Below are positions 40,521 through 51,201 of a DNA stretch of 64,000 nt, one piece after another. Made by a program: the position numbers and the translations under genes. The first letter of the stretch is position 1. Each line of letters starts with the position of its first letter. The DNA comes from an uncultured Nitrososphaerota archaeon. GTDB lineage: Archaea > Thermoproteota > Nitrososphaeria > Nitrososphaerales > Nitrosopumilaceae. The stretch is taken from positions 242,136 to 306,135 of the forward strand of contig CAWGPD010000001.1 of assembly GCA_963824385.1 (NCBI GenBank). The letters are read 5' to 3'. Below the pieces are notes generated by a model. The model was not told the DNA's origin, searched no databases, and saw only the letters and a list, made by a program, of their open reading frames with translations.

Positions 40521-41915
40521 TTACAGATATGATGATACATTTGGAGTTTGATTTATGCTTCGCTCTATTGCAGAATAAATTGGAGTCTCCAATCTACTAA
40601 GAGTCTTTTTCCTAATGAACCCTACAGTCATTATATCTGCAGGAAAGATCAGACTAAGTAACCAATCAAATCCAACTTTAATTTTCTTTTCACGTGTTGG
40701 CAAGTGTGACCAATAGAATGATCTCCACAAAACCCATGCTGAGAATCCACGAATTTTTCTCCCATTCAATAATGCAACACCTGTTCGCTTTCCAATTGTA
40801 GCCATTACTCCTTTGTTATGATAATCAAATGTCTTCATTGAACTTGCGTTGCCAGTAATTTCTGCAACCAGGTTCTCTGAGACCAACTTGGCCTGTCTTA
40901 TTGCTATCTGTGCAGTTGGAGGATATGCAACTTTGGTTTTGTCGTCAATCAGATTAGCGCAGTCCCCTAATGCAAAGATACTAGGATAATCTTTTAGTCT
41001 CAGATACGAGTCAACGACTAATCGACCCGACTGACCATGTTCACACTTGAGTGAAGCTATCAGTGGATCTACTGTTACCCCTCCTGCCCAGATCAAAGTA
41101 GCACATGGAACTATAGTATTATCACTTAAAAGCACATGATCTTCCCCTGCATCCACTGCCTTGGTATTTGAGATTACTTCAATTCCTGATTTTCGGACAT
41201 AATCAAGTGCAAATTTACCAAGTTCATCCCCTACTTCTGGTAATATACCATCTCTTGCAGATATGATAATGACAGAGATTTTTTTAAAATCTATATTTTT
41301 GTAATATTTTTTTGCTGCATTTTGTAGGAAATGATGAATTTCTGTTGCAATTTCTACTCCTGCAAATCCTCCACCAACTACAACAAATCTAAGAAGTTGT
41401 TCTTGGAGAATTGGATCTCTTTCCTGATCAGCACATTCCAGTACGCTTATGATATGATTTCTAATAGCTATTGCATCCTCCAGAGTCTTTATAGTAAATG
41501 CAAATTCTTCGATGTTATTATTTCCAAAGAAATTATCCTTACTACCAAGAGCAAGAACAAGATAATCATATTCCAATACAGTTTCTTTTTGATCAAATAT
41601 TCTAACTACAGAAACACTTTTGTTTTCTACATCAATTGACAGAATCTTTGCATGACAAAAATTTGCCATCTTACAAAAAGTTCTGACAGGTGTTGTAATA
41701 TCACTTGCATGAAGCATTCCTGATGAGATTTCTGGAAGCATGGGCGTAAAAAGGAAAAAGTTGTCTTGACTAACCAAAGTAATTTCAGTATCACTGCCTT
41801 TGAATTTATGTTGGATTTCTCGTAGAACATTGCTTCCAGCAAAGCCACCTCCAAGTATGAGAATCCTAGTCTTGGCGGGATTTTTTGTACTAAATTTTCG
41901 TATCATATCAGGCAT
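40521..41915 (-). CDS. ndh: Type II NADH dehydrogenase-like flavoprotein
   Basis: ILGGGFAG, FTPMLPE, VVGGGFAGVE, WAGG, FALGDCA, PPTAQ.A.RQ, KGVMATIG. Confidence 0.88.
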   Translation of the reverse strand: MPDMIRKFSTKNPAKTRILILGGGFAGSNVLREIQHKFKGSDTEITLVSQDNFFLFTPMLPEISSGMLHASDITTPVRTFCKMANFCHAKILSIDVENKSVSVVRIFDQKETVLEYDYLVLALGSKDNFFGNNNIEEFAFTIKTLEDAIAIRNHIISVLECADQERDPILQEQLLRFVVVGGGFAGVEIATEIHHFLQNAAKKYYKNIDFKKISVIIISARDGILPEVGDELGKFALDYVRKSGIEVISNTKAVDAGEDHVLLSDNTIVPCATLIWAGGVTVDPLIASLKCEHGQSGRLVVDSYLRLKDYPSIFALGDCANLIDDKTKVAYPPTAQIAIRQAKLVSENLVAEITGNASSMKTFDYHNKGVMATIGKRTGVALLNGRKIRGFSAWVLWRSFYWSHLPTREKKIKVGFDWLLSLIFPADIMTVGFIRKKTLSRLETPIYSAIERSINQTPNVSSYL

Positions 41916-42286
41916 CTACCATGATATCCATCAAGAAGATAAAAAGAATGCGTATTACACATGCATAATCAACTGGTAATACATCAATAAACTAGTAGCT
42001 TATGTGAGATGAACAAACCCGTAGAAATTATTTGTGTATCACATATTAGTAGAAAAGTATCAGTTTGTTCTATTTCAATAAGGATTGCCTCAATACTAAA
42101 TCTATGTCCATATAGAGACAACTGTGATTTTCATAGAGAGAGTAAAAGAATATACTGGAATAGATTTGTTAAAACCAAATTCGCTCAAGTATATAACTTT
42201 GTCAGATTTCCGAAATTAATTTTAACCATTAATGAAATTCTTTAGACATAGAGGGTAATTGAAGGTAAAATAAAGTACTATACAAG

Positions 42287-42370
42287 ATGATTACATGTCC
42301 AAACTGTGAAACTGTGCATATCTCAGAATCTGCACTGGTATGTTCAGACTGTGGAATTGCATTTAATTAG
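42287..42370 (+). CDS. 27-aa zinc-ribbon microprotein
   Basis: MITCPNCETVHISESALVCSDCGIAFN*. Confidence 0.55.
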   Translation: MITCPNCETVHISESALVCSDCGIAFN

Positions 42371-42482
42371 CCAACATATCCAGACATAAGAAAAAATCTA
42401 ACCTATTAGAAAATAACAGCCTATGTACTTTTGAAGAATAAGTAATGCATGGAAATTTATTCTGCCATAGTAGGAATCAATC

Positions 42483-42788
42483 ATGCATAAAGACAAGGGC
42501 ATTTGCAAAGGCGCATGTAAAGAATACAAAGTTAGAAAACCAAGAGATGGAACTAGTAGATATTCATCAGGCCAAGTGCGCTGTCAGATCTGCGGCGTAT
42601 TCATGTCAAGAGAGGCATGCCATGATAGAGAAGACAAACCTGCAACTGATGAAACTGTAGATTTGTATTGCAATTGTTGCAATTGCATGGTAAGATCAAG
42701 ACCTAGAAACAAACCTGGAACTAAGCATAGTAAAAAAACACCTCAAGAAGAATACGATGAACTAAAAGAATTAAGAAAAAAATATTGA
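42483..42788 (+). CDS. Cys-rich zinc-binding protein
   Basis: CKGAC, RY..GQVRCQIC, CNCCNC.VR.RPR. Confidence 0.75.
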   Translation: MHKDKGICKGACKEYKVRKPRDGTSRYSSGQVRCQICGVFMSREACHDREDKPATDETVDLYCNCCNCMVRSRPRNKPGTKHSKKTPQEEYDELKELRKKY

Positions 42789-42795
42789 AAAGAAT

Positions 42796-43611
42796 TTACA
42801 TATTACAAGGATGTATTTTTCCACTCTGATTCAGACTTTCCAGATTTAAAATGGCATCATGATAACTTGCTCTATTTGCAACTTCATGTTCTAGTTTATT
42901 GATACCTTTTTGTCCATTAACAAAATCATGCATTCTAGATGGATGAATAGCGTGTAGTAATTGATGAACCAATACAACAGTTACCATCCTCCTATTATCC
43001 CTGGTATCTTCACGTAGTATATCATGAATACAAATTTTGTATGAGGGTTGACTTCGCAATCCTCTAATCAGATTGATATCTCCTGACGCATTTCCATTAT
43101 TTTGTATCTTCGCATCAAAGGTCTTATGGGCAAAGAAATTTGCACAGTCTACAAAGTTTTTATCATCAGGTTTTTCATCATGATATTCCACAATCAAATT
43201 TTTTGCATCTTCCAGACAATCAGATAGCCAATACGGATTATCCATTGAGGGGATCACCGAAGTTACTTTTTCCACACTAGGTTCCACATGGATGCTTGTA
43301 TTATCAGTTGAAGAAGGCATATGCAATTCATTTGGAGCTTGAGATCCAATAGAATTTGAAAAAGCATCTGCTTTTACATATTCTACATTCTCAAGCATCA
43401 CACATTTGTGTCTCTGAGGTGAGAGATGGTCTTTACAATAGACATATCCACATAATTTACAAGGCATACTCAAAGTCCCTTCGACTTTTGCCCCATCAAA
43501 TGTACAATATTTTTCCGTAATTTTGGAGCATAATCCATTGAAATAAAGTTGATTGTTTACGGATTTGACTAAAAGGTATAGGACATCTAAGTATTTTATG
43601 AAATTACGCAA
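42796..43611 (-). CDS. AN1-type zinc finger fused to a degenerate zincin-like domain
   Basis: C...CKLCG..YC.DH..P..HKC (AN1); VLVHQLLHAIHP. The real start is probably downstream of 43611. Confidence 0.7.
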   Translation of the reverse strand: MRNFIKYLDVLYLLVKSVNNQLYFNGLCSKITEKYCTFDGAKVEGTLSMPCKLCGYVYCKDHLSPQRHKCVMLENVEYVKADAFSNSIGSQAPNELHMPSSTDNTSIHVEPSVEKVTSVIPSMDNPYWLSDCLEDAKNLIVEYHDEKPDDKNFVDCANFFAHKTFDAKIQNNGNASGDINLIRGLRSQPSYKICIHDILREDTRDNRRMVTVVLVHQLLHAIHPSRMHDFVNGQKGINKLEHEVANRASYHDAILNLESLNQSGKIHPCNM

Positions 43612-43846
43612 TATGAAAAATACTCATTTTTAGGATGTAACATATCAAACGATTCATAATTTTCCCCATCAGTATACCTTTCATCGAAATTCTAGCCCTC
43701 CAAGCAATAAGTAAATTATCAATTTGTGGAACTAGTGTGATACCTAAAATTTTCAACAATAGAGAGTTTTCACAATTACGTTTAGTACAATAATTGTCTT
43801 TTCAGCAAGAATTATCAAGTGAAGTTTTTAGTTGCTACCAATCAGA

Positions 43847-44492
43847 TTAGAAAGACGTCCAATACTTTTTAGGATTTTTGTGCCATTTGAGTAATTCTTC
43901 TTTTTCTTCTTCACTTACATAATTTCTTGTAACTGCAACTTCAATTAGATCTGAAAATATGAGCAGTGGATGCATTTTGCATTTGGTTCTCTCAAAGTTC
44001 TTCTTTGCAACATCTAGATCATAAGTAAAGATGAAGATACAGTCGCTTACCATTCCCCCATTTCTTCTCACAGCTTTTATTGCAGATATTGCACTTCTTC
44101 CTGTACTAACAAGATCTTCAATTACTAAAATTCTATTACCCTTTTCCATATCACCTTCTATCTGTCTCTTTTTACCGTAGCCTTTAAGCTTCGGGTCTTA
44201 TGTATATCATAGGCTTGTTGAGTCTCTCAGCAATTAGTGCAGCCCATGGAATTCCGGCTGTGGACACACCTCCAACAATATCAAAATCCAATCTTTTGGT
44301 AATTTTGACTACTTCATCTACAACCGCTCTTCTCTTATTGGGATAACTTATCAATCGCCTATTATCACAATACATGGGGCCTTTGATACCAGAAACAAAA
44401 GTGTACAAGTATGGTTTTGTAAAACTAAAAGTTACCGCTTTGATATCAAGTAGCATTTCAGCAACTCGCTTTGAAGCCTTAATCATCAACAA
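43847..44492 (-). CDS. pyrE: Orotate phosphoribosyltransferase, frameshifted near 44185
   Basis: SGIKGPMYCDNR, STAGIPWAA, YIR; then YGKKRQIEG and VIEDLVSTGRS in the next frame. Confidence 0.9.
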
Positions 44493-44635
44493 TACCCATC
44501 AAATATACAACAAACACGGTATATTTCTGAATAACGATTAGTCTAGAGAGAACTAACAAACATAAAAAAAAATCGATTGCCAATACGGTAGATGTAATTT
44601 TCGGTTTCAACGTTTAAGAACAGTTTTAATTTTAA

Positions 44636-45225
44636 CTAATGCCCTTCAGCAGCAAGACCCATATTTTCTGTGAGATTTATTGAGAGATGTCTTCCGCTAG
44701 TTTGAGTTGTCGTAGAGTTTGTACTAGTGAGTTTACGGGATTAGTTGTTGGAGGTGTTGGAGTTACGGGGGTGGTAGGTACTACATTATTGCCCCATATT
44801 TCTGACAGATTCACAGTTATATCAAATCCAGCTAAGGTGCCACTAAGTATTGATACAGTTTCTTGCTTGGAGTTCACATCTATTGCAAGTCTTGCAGTAT
44901 CACCAGTTTTAATAAAACCAATTTGTCCCGGGTCTGTTACTGTAGACAACAAACAAGTGGCAGTTGAAGAAGAACAATTAGTACTTGGAGATACAGAGAC
45001 GTGTGCCAGTCCCCTTCCAGCAGGAGATTGAATTATAATTATACCATTATTTCCATCAATAGCAATCCACATGATTGCACCGTGGAAATTACTACTTTCT
45101 GCAATGGGTCCTTTCGTAGCCAATTTCATAGTTACCGATTGGGCATATACATTATGAGTAAGAGGTAAAGATGCAACACCTAGTACTAAAATTATCATGA
45201 AACTTGCTATCAATTTGGACTTCAT
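44636..45225 (-). CDS. Secreted protein with Thr/Pro-rich linker, probable frameshift near 44730
   Basis: Signal peptide and PT tract; an alternative frame continues TSTNSTTTQTSGRHLSINLTENMGLAAEGH*. Confidence 0.65.
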
Positions 45226-45282
45226 TGCTATACTTGAATTAGATAGCATAGAAATTCACAATGGTGAAAAAATATGAAGAAA

Positions 45283-46353
45283 TTAGCTAGGTTTCATCAA
45301 GATTTTCCCAAACAGATTTCCTTTGAGCATCTTACAATGAGCTTCTACAGCAGTTTCAAATGTATAGACCGAGTCTACAATAGGCTTCAATTTACCTTTA
45401 GATATCCAAAACATCCCAGATTCAAGTTCGGCACGAGTACCTTGAGTAGAGCCCAAGATGCTAATACCTTTGAAAAAAACATGTCTCAGATCAGTATTTA
45501 CATCATATCCAGTAGTTGCTCCAGTTGTAACCAGAGTCGAGCCGTATTTTAATAAGCTAAGTTCCTTGTTCCAATGTGATCCTCCAATATGTTCAAAGAT
45601 TACATCTATGCCAGGACCAGTTTGTTTCTTTTTTGCAATTTCTTTTGATATGGTATAGACTTGTTTGTGCCAGTCCTCTAGTCTATGATCTATTGCAAAG
45701 TCTGCTCCAAGTTTTAAACAATCTTCTAACTTGTTTTTACTTGCAGTCGTAATCACATCACAATCATATAGTTTAGCTATTTGAATACCAAATGTCCCCA
45801 TTCCTGATCCACCGCCCATTATCAAAACAGTTTGTCCCGGTCTTATCTTTGCGCGACCAACCAACATGTGCCAAGAAGTAGTCATTGTCATTGATGAAGC
45901 TGCGGCATTTTCATAACTAACATTATCAGGAATTTTCAAAACATTTACCGCTGGAAGGTGAGCATATTCACAAAAACCTCCCCACAGCGGACCCGTTTGA
46001 AATCCCCAGATTTTTCTATTACGACAATCATATTCACGGCCCTCCACGCATGCAATACAAACTCTACATGAAAGATTTCCATGGGAGACTACTCTATCTC
46101 CAATTTTTATTGTAGTAACGTCATCACCTATTGCAACTACTTCTCCTGCTGCATCAGTTCCTGAAACATGCGGCATTGGAATTTGAATTGGTTTTCCTCG
46201 CATGCCCCAAATGTCGTCATGATTTAGTCCAGTCATCATTACTTTGAAGACCACTTCATTGGATTTAGGTTCAGGAACAGGAATATCTTTAATTTTCAAG
46301 ATCTTTAGAAAATCATCATCGGGGGCATATTCTTCATACACTAATGCTTTCAT
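45283..46353 (-). CDS. Zinc-binding medium-chain dehydrogenase/reductase
   Basis: CRVCIAC...C structural Zn site, GGGSGMG, GATTG, GKILM. Confidence 0.9.
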   Translation of the reverse strand: MKALVYEEYAPDDDFLKILKIKDIPVPEPKSNEVVFKVMMTGLNHDDIWGMRGKPIQIPMPHVSGTDAAGEVVAIGDDVTTIKIGDRVVSHGNLSCRVCIACVEGREYDCRNRKIWGFQTGPLWGGFCEYAHLPAVNVLKIPDNVSYENAAASSMTMTTSWHMLVGRAKIRPGQTVLIMGGGSGMGTFGIQIAKLYDCDVITTASKNKLEDCLKLGADFAIDHRLEDWHKQVYTISKEIAKKKQTGPGIDVIFEHIGGSHWNKELSLLKYGSTLVTTGATTGYDVNTDLRHVFFKGISILGSTQGTRAELESGMFWISKGKLKPIVDSVYTFETAVEAHCKMLKGNLFGKILMKPS

Positions 46354-46457
46354 AACATCTTTGAAATAATTCTGTCAATATTAAGAAATGGCTCCAGTTT
46401 AAGGAATGTACGATAAAATTAGAACTATGCTTTGATACATAGGATCAAAAACAGATA

Positions 46458-46883
46458 TTATTTTACAAGTAGATAATCGCTATTATCTCTCAATGCATCT
46501 ATGGTCATAATACTTTTCAGATTATTTTGCATAGTTGGAGTAGGCATCACTTTTGGATTCTCCTCTATTATTACATACATGTTATTTCCTTCATGTTTAA
46601 TTTTTATACTGGATAGTTTACTACGGAACATTTTACTTTTCTTTCCGTCAGATGCCACCATAAATTTTTCTACAACTAACAGACCATTTTTCATCATAGA
46701 GTTAATTTTTCTGTGAACAGTTGTACGTGAAATTTGAGTTTCTTTTATTATATCATTCATGGATTTTGCTGTATCGTGTGTACAATTAATTATACTCATG
46801 GATTGTTTGTCTGATAAAGAATTCAGCATTGCGTTATAGAAAGTCACACTATCAAGTGTTACAGAATCACCTTTTTCTACCAT
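46458..46883 (-). CDS. Winged-helix transcriptional regulator
   Basis: AKSMNDIIKETQISRTTVHRKI..M...GLL; DGKKSKMFRS. Confidence 0.85.
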   Translation of the reverse strand: MVEKGDSVTLDSVTFYNAMLNSLSDKQSMSIINCTHDTAKSMNDIIKETQISRTTVHRKINSMMKNGLLVVEKFMVASDGKKSKMFRSKLSSIKIKHEGNNMYVIIEENPKVMPTPTMQNNLKSIMTIDALRDNSDYLLVK

Positions 46884-46954
46884 AAAAAGGTAAAGAATTA
46901 TTTTGATTTAAGATGTCATTTTCGCATTATGAACAAACAGAATAGAAAGTATTA

Positions 46955-47539
46955 TCAGATAGTGATTTTTTTGCTAAAACTGAAAATTACAACATTTTCA
47001 TGCATAGTTTTAGAGTCAATACGAATATGGAGTGATTCTAAAATATTTGTTACATATAATACGATAAATTGCATCCATTTAGAACCCAACTGAGTCTCAA
47101 AAATTAATCGGTATTGATCGTTTTTTACAGTATTGGTAAAACTAAACCATCCACAGTATTTACTCATCACAACAAAGTGGTTCTCAGTTATTTCATCTAA
47201 TTTGTATTCTATACCCTGAATCGCAAAAAGCTTTTTCACTGCATCAGGACCTTCTCTTGCAATCTCTTCAAGATCTGCATCAGATATTTTACTAATCATT
47301 CTGGAGAAAAGAAAATCAAACATTGTTACTGCCGGTAATGCATTAATTTGCATATCAAAAGAGACATTTTTGAAAAGGATTTTTGTAATAAGTGCATTCA
47401 ATGGAAGATCTCGTTTGTCCGCTTCTTTTTTCAATATGGATGAAACAGAATTTGGCAGTCTGAGTGTAACTCTATGAGAGCCAACTCTGTTTTCCAAATT
47501 TTCGTGCATCATCTTTTTGTGATATAGGCAATTTGTCAT
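46955..47539 (-). CDS. Ribbon-helix-helix domain regulator with C-terminal ligand-binding-like domain
   Basis: RVTLRLP..V...LKKEA...LPLNALITKIL; C-terminal LGSKW..F. Confidence 0.7.
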   Translation of the reverse strand: MTNCLYHKKMMHENLENRVGSHRVTLRLPNSVSSILKKEADKRDLPLNALITKILFKNVSFDMQINALPAVTMFDFLFSRMISKISDADLEEIAREGPDAVKKLFAIQGIEYKLDEITENHFVVMSKYCGWFSFTNTVKNDQYRLIFETQLGSKWMQFIVLYVTNILESLHIRIDSKTMHENVVIFSFSKKITI

Positions 47540-47734
47540 ATAAACAAGCCCATAAATTCCAAAGATTGGAATTAATCATTACGTACAAAAGTCAAAGAAC
47601 CAGAAATTATTTGAAAAAATATCAGTAAAATTTTAATTAATATAATTTTAGATTTCACAAATCTAATTTCCTAGTGCTAAATCCATTTTTATCATATCTA
47701 GTTTTTTAATGATTAAACGTAGATACAATTTAAG

Positions 47735-48279
47735 ATGAGTTTGAATTCAATAAATATAGAAAATGCAGTATGAAGAGGGGACTACATAGTAAAATATGTA
47801 TTATGTCGGTTTGAAAATTTAAAAAAAGAACTAACAAGATATAATTTGATTCTTTTTCACACTAATAATAAATTTCTAGTGATGTCTCATAATCAAGAGA
47901 AATTACAAGTATTAGGAAATATTGTTGTAAATCACCAAAAAAAATCTAGTGATGAATTAATCAAGTATTATGAAGTCAGTTTATGACAAGCTTTGTCGAC
48001 TACTCCAACAATTAAACAACATATCAATGTCATAATACACATCTATGGTTATTTTTCTAATGACTTTGATCACATACAAAAAAGAACATTCCTTAATTTA
48101 TTAGAGCAATTCAGGAAGGAAAAAACTTCTTTAGGAGACATATTATAGAAAATAGGCCATTAGTGTATCAATATAATAAAACCTACCTCATAGGTAAGAC
48201 ATACTTTTCACTATATGCTAAAAAGAAACCCTGGAAAATAACATCCAATTTAGATGATGATTTTTTAAGTAACAAATAA
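47735..48279 (+). pseudogene. YbgA/DUF1722-family pseudogene
   Basis: Translates LILFHTNNKFLVMSHNQ..LG..V...YEVSL*QALSTTPTIKQHINVIIHIYGYF...DIL*...YL..KTYF. Two in-frame stops plus frameshifts. Confidence 0.75.
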
Positions 48280-48407
48280 TTCAGATGTGCTTTAATTGAA
48301 AAAAGTTGGCCAAATTAGTTTTTCTAGTCAAGACATACATTGTGTCATTAACAGATAGAGATATCAATCTAACACAAAAAATAATCAAAAGACATGGAGA
48401 ATAATTA

Positions 48408-49943
48408 ATGAGTTTTACATATTTAGTATCTACAAAGTCAAATTACATCATACCACTAGCCTTGTTCTTGGGGGCTCTTTTGATTTATGGATATAATTTA
48501 GAAGGACAGCCAAGACATGGAGATGAAATCAATTATCTTGGATGGGCTGGAAATTATATGCATCTGATAAATATCGGAGATCTTGCAAATTCATGCTTGA
48601 TATCAATTGATAATTGTAATTCTTTGTATCACATACCTGCACATGGAGCAACATATAGCCCACTACGAATGATTTTGATTGGACTTCCGCTAAGTTTTGA
48701 GCATCAAGATACTGGAAATTTTTATGATTGGTCTTGTTATTGGTTTACTTGCTATAATTTTCACTATGCACCCACGGTTGAACAGATGGCAGCCGGGCGC
48801 TTACTCTCGCCAGTCTTTGGAGCATTAACCATAGTTGTTGCATTTCTAGTTGGTAAGATTCTCTTTAATAGATATGTAGGATTGGTCTTCTCACTCCTTT
48901 TCCTGTTTTACAATCTTTGGATATGGTATAGTAGAACAATAATGACCGAAGTACATTACATTTTCTTTAGCATGCTTGCATTATTGCTTTTACTTTATTC
49001 TTTTAGAACGGGGCATCTTAGAATAAAATATTTCATTTTTAGCACAATTTCATTTGGTTGTGCAATAACTTCAAAACTATTAGCGATAGAATTTTTTCCT
49101 TTGTTTGCTACAATCATAACTGTAAATTATTTTTTTAATTCAGCTAAACCCTATAGGAATACAAAAAAACTTGTAAAAATAATATTGATTGTTTCTGTAT
49201 TTTTCTTGCTATCAGTATTTTCATTTTTACTAACCCAGCCAGGATTTTATAAAGATCCACTTGTTCAAATTAAAACAACAAAGTCGGATATGGATAATTA
49301 TAATAGAGATGTTTGGTTCATTGCATATCCCACCATTCAAGGAATACAGCCCATTAGAATGATCACACTTTTTCATTATACTTTATTTCCTAGTCCCATA
49401 GAACATCAAATCCCAGGAGCCTATCCAAATTCCACGTTTAATTTAGGATGGAATAATCCTTCTACTAATTCAAGCATACCAATTACGATTTTTTTCTTCA
49501 TAGGATTTGCATATTTGATTCAGAAGATAAGAAAGTCTAGAGACTGTAAATCAGAAATACTAATCCTCTCATGGTTTGTTAGCACTTTCATTTTAACACT
49601 CATGATTGCAAGAGATTTTTCATTAGAAAGATATCTTTTGCCATTTTTACTATCCATTATTTTCATTGCGTCATATGGATTATGGAATTTTATAAAAAAT
49701 ATACAGTACAGAAAAATAAAAATTGCTTTTGTCATATATTTTCTATTTGCTCATGCCATAACATCCATGTCATATTGGCAAAAAATATACCAATCACCAG
49801 GCACATTCTGGACTAATCCTTTGCCGTTTGGAACATTGCAAGAATCGCTAATCAATCCATTTACTTTAGTTGTAAATTTGACATTTATTGTTTTTTTCAC
49901 ATACCTAACTACAATTAGATTTCGTGTTAAAGCAATAGTCTGA
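48408..49943 (+). CDS. GT-C fold (PMT/ArnT-like) membrane glycosyltransferase
   Basis: HGDE in the first loop, GRLLSPVFG, SR.IMTE, ERYLLP; many TM helices. Confidence 0.85.
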   Translation: MSFTYLVSTKSNYIIPLALFLGALLIYGYNLEGQPRHGDEINYLGWAGNYMHLINIGDLANSCLISIDNCNSLYHIPAHGATYSPLRMILIGLPLSFEHQDTGNFYDWSCYWFTCYNFHYAPTVEQMAAGRLLSPVFGALTIVVAFLVGKILFNRYVGLVFSLLFLFYNLWIWYSRTIMTEVHYIFFSMLALLLLLYSFRTGHLRIKYFIFSTISFGCAITSKLLAIEFFPLFATIITVNYFFNSAKPYRNTKKLVKIILIVSVFFLLSVFSFLLTQPGFYKDPLVQIKTTKSDMDNYNRDVWFIAYPTIQGIQPIRMITLFHYTLFPSPIEHQIPGAYPNSTFNLGWNNPSTNSSIPITIFFFIGFAYLIQKIRKSRDCKSEILILSWFVSTFILTLMIARDFSLERYLLPFLLSIIFIASYGLWNFIKNIQYRKIKIAFVIYFLFAHAITSMSYWQKIYQSPGTFWTNPLPFGTLQESLINPFTLVVNLTFIVFFTYLTTIRFRVKAIV

Positions 49944-49960
49944 TTTTAAATATTAGAACA

Positions 49961-50224
49961 CTAGTCTTTTGAATCACAATCTTCAAGTCTGTTTTTATCA
50001 TAGAGCAACTTGTTATCTTCTATTTTTATAACAGAACCAATAATGAAACATAACTCGCTTCTTTTTCCACTAGAATCTATTATTACAACTGATGAGACAT
50101 CATCACATGGTACAGATACTAAAATAATAGAATCCTTTTGATTGTTTTGAACTTCAACCCAGCAGGCATTTGGCAAAATAATTTTACATTCCACGAGATT
50201 AGGCAATGAGATATCTACAGACAC
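49961..50224 (-). CDS. Hypothetical protein
   Basis: 87-aa ORF filling an intergenic gap, GTG start. Confidence 0.5.
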   Translation of the reverse strand: MSVDISLPNLVECKIILPNACWVEVQNNQKDSIILVSVPCDDVSSVVIIDSSGKRSELCFIIGSVIKIEDNKLLYDKNRLEDCDSKD

Positions 50225-50349
50225 GACTCATCTGATTTTTCACCATCTATTATACATTATTTTGATTAGCATCATTGTTAATCATAGAATCAAAATGGAT
50301 TGATGAGTGGCAATATACCCCATAAAACTTGATTGGTTTTTGATGAAAA

Positions 50350-51201
50350 ATGTCTGATGAGTTATTAGAAGTTATTCAACAGTTAATGAATTCTGGCAAA
50401 GAGGATTCTCTGAGGTTAGATCATATCTTAAGTTCCATCAAGGCAGGAAAAAAGATCTATTCATCTGATCAGAGATATCTCGAGGCAATGATTTCTAAAA
50501 ATATAACAAATGAATCTGCTCCAACACTAATTGAAGAAGTAAGAGGAATAAACAAGTCTGTTGAAAAGGAACTTGAAAAAACATTACAAATTAAAACGAG
50601 TCCATTGTGGTATTACTTACCTCTTTTTTTCAACATAGTTGGCGGTATGATCTCTTATTTCATATTAAGAAAAACAGATTTGGAAAAAGCAAAAAAGTGC
50701 TTTATTTTTGGTCTAGTACTATTTCTCATTCCCATAACAGTATTTGTAGTACTAAATTTTGTTCCCGGTATGCAGTATTCAGCATACATGGTAAAAAAAA
50801 CACCTGGTGAGCAAAATCTAAAAATCTACGATGTTGTCATAATAGACTCGAACATACCAATTGAGGACATAAAAGTTGGCGATGTCATAATTTCCTATGA
50901 TCCTGGAACACATCAGGAAGTACTAATTCATAGAGTTGTACAAATACTTTCAAAAGATCCATTTACTATCAAAACAAAAGGAGACAAAAGCTTAGACCCC
51001 ATAGAAGGATTAGATTATCCCATAACAAAGCAGGAATATGTTGGTAAGATATTATACATAATACCGCAAGTTGGACATATTACAAAACTTGTTACTGCAA
51101 AATCAATTCTGATAACCATTTCTGCCATTATTGGGATGGGAGTTATTCAACATACGCAATACCGTAAGAAAAAATTTCGTCAACATACCAACACGATATA
51201 G
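50350..51201 (+). CDS. Signal peptidase I (S26)-like membrane protein with extra N-terminal domain
   Basis: IKVGDVII, LIHRV, TKGD, YVGK..Y.IP.VG; no recognisable SGSM catalytic motif. Confidence 0.8.
   Translation: MSDELLEVIQQLMNSGKEDSLRLDHILSSIKAGKKIYSSDQRYLEAMISKNITNESAPTLIEEVRGINKSVEKELEKTLQIKTSPLWYYLPLFFNIVGGMISYFILRKTDLEKAKKCFIFGLVLFLIPITVFVVLNFVPGMQYSAYMVKKTPGEQNLKIYDVVIIDSNIPIEDIKVGDVIISYDPGTHQEVLIHRVVQILSKDPFTIKTKGDKSLDPIEGLDYPITKQEYVGKILYIIPQVGHITKLVTAKSILITISAIIGMGVIQHTQYRKKKFRQHTNTI

Noticed and set aside
42009..42245. 78-aa ORF from the track
   Set aside because: No motifs and atypical composition; probably spurious.
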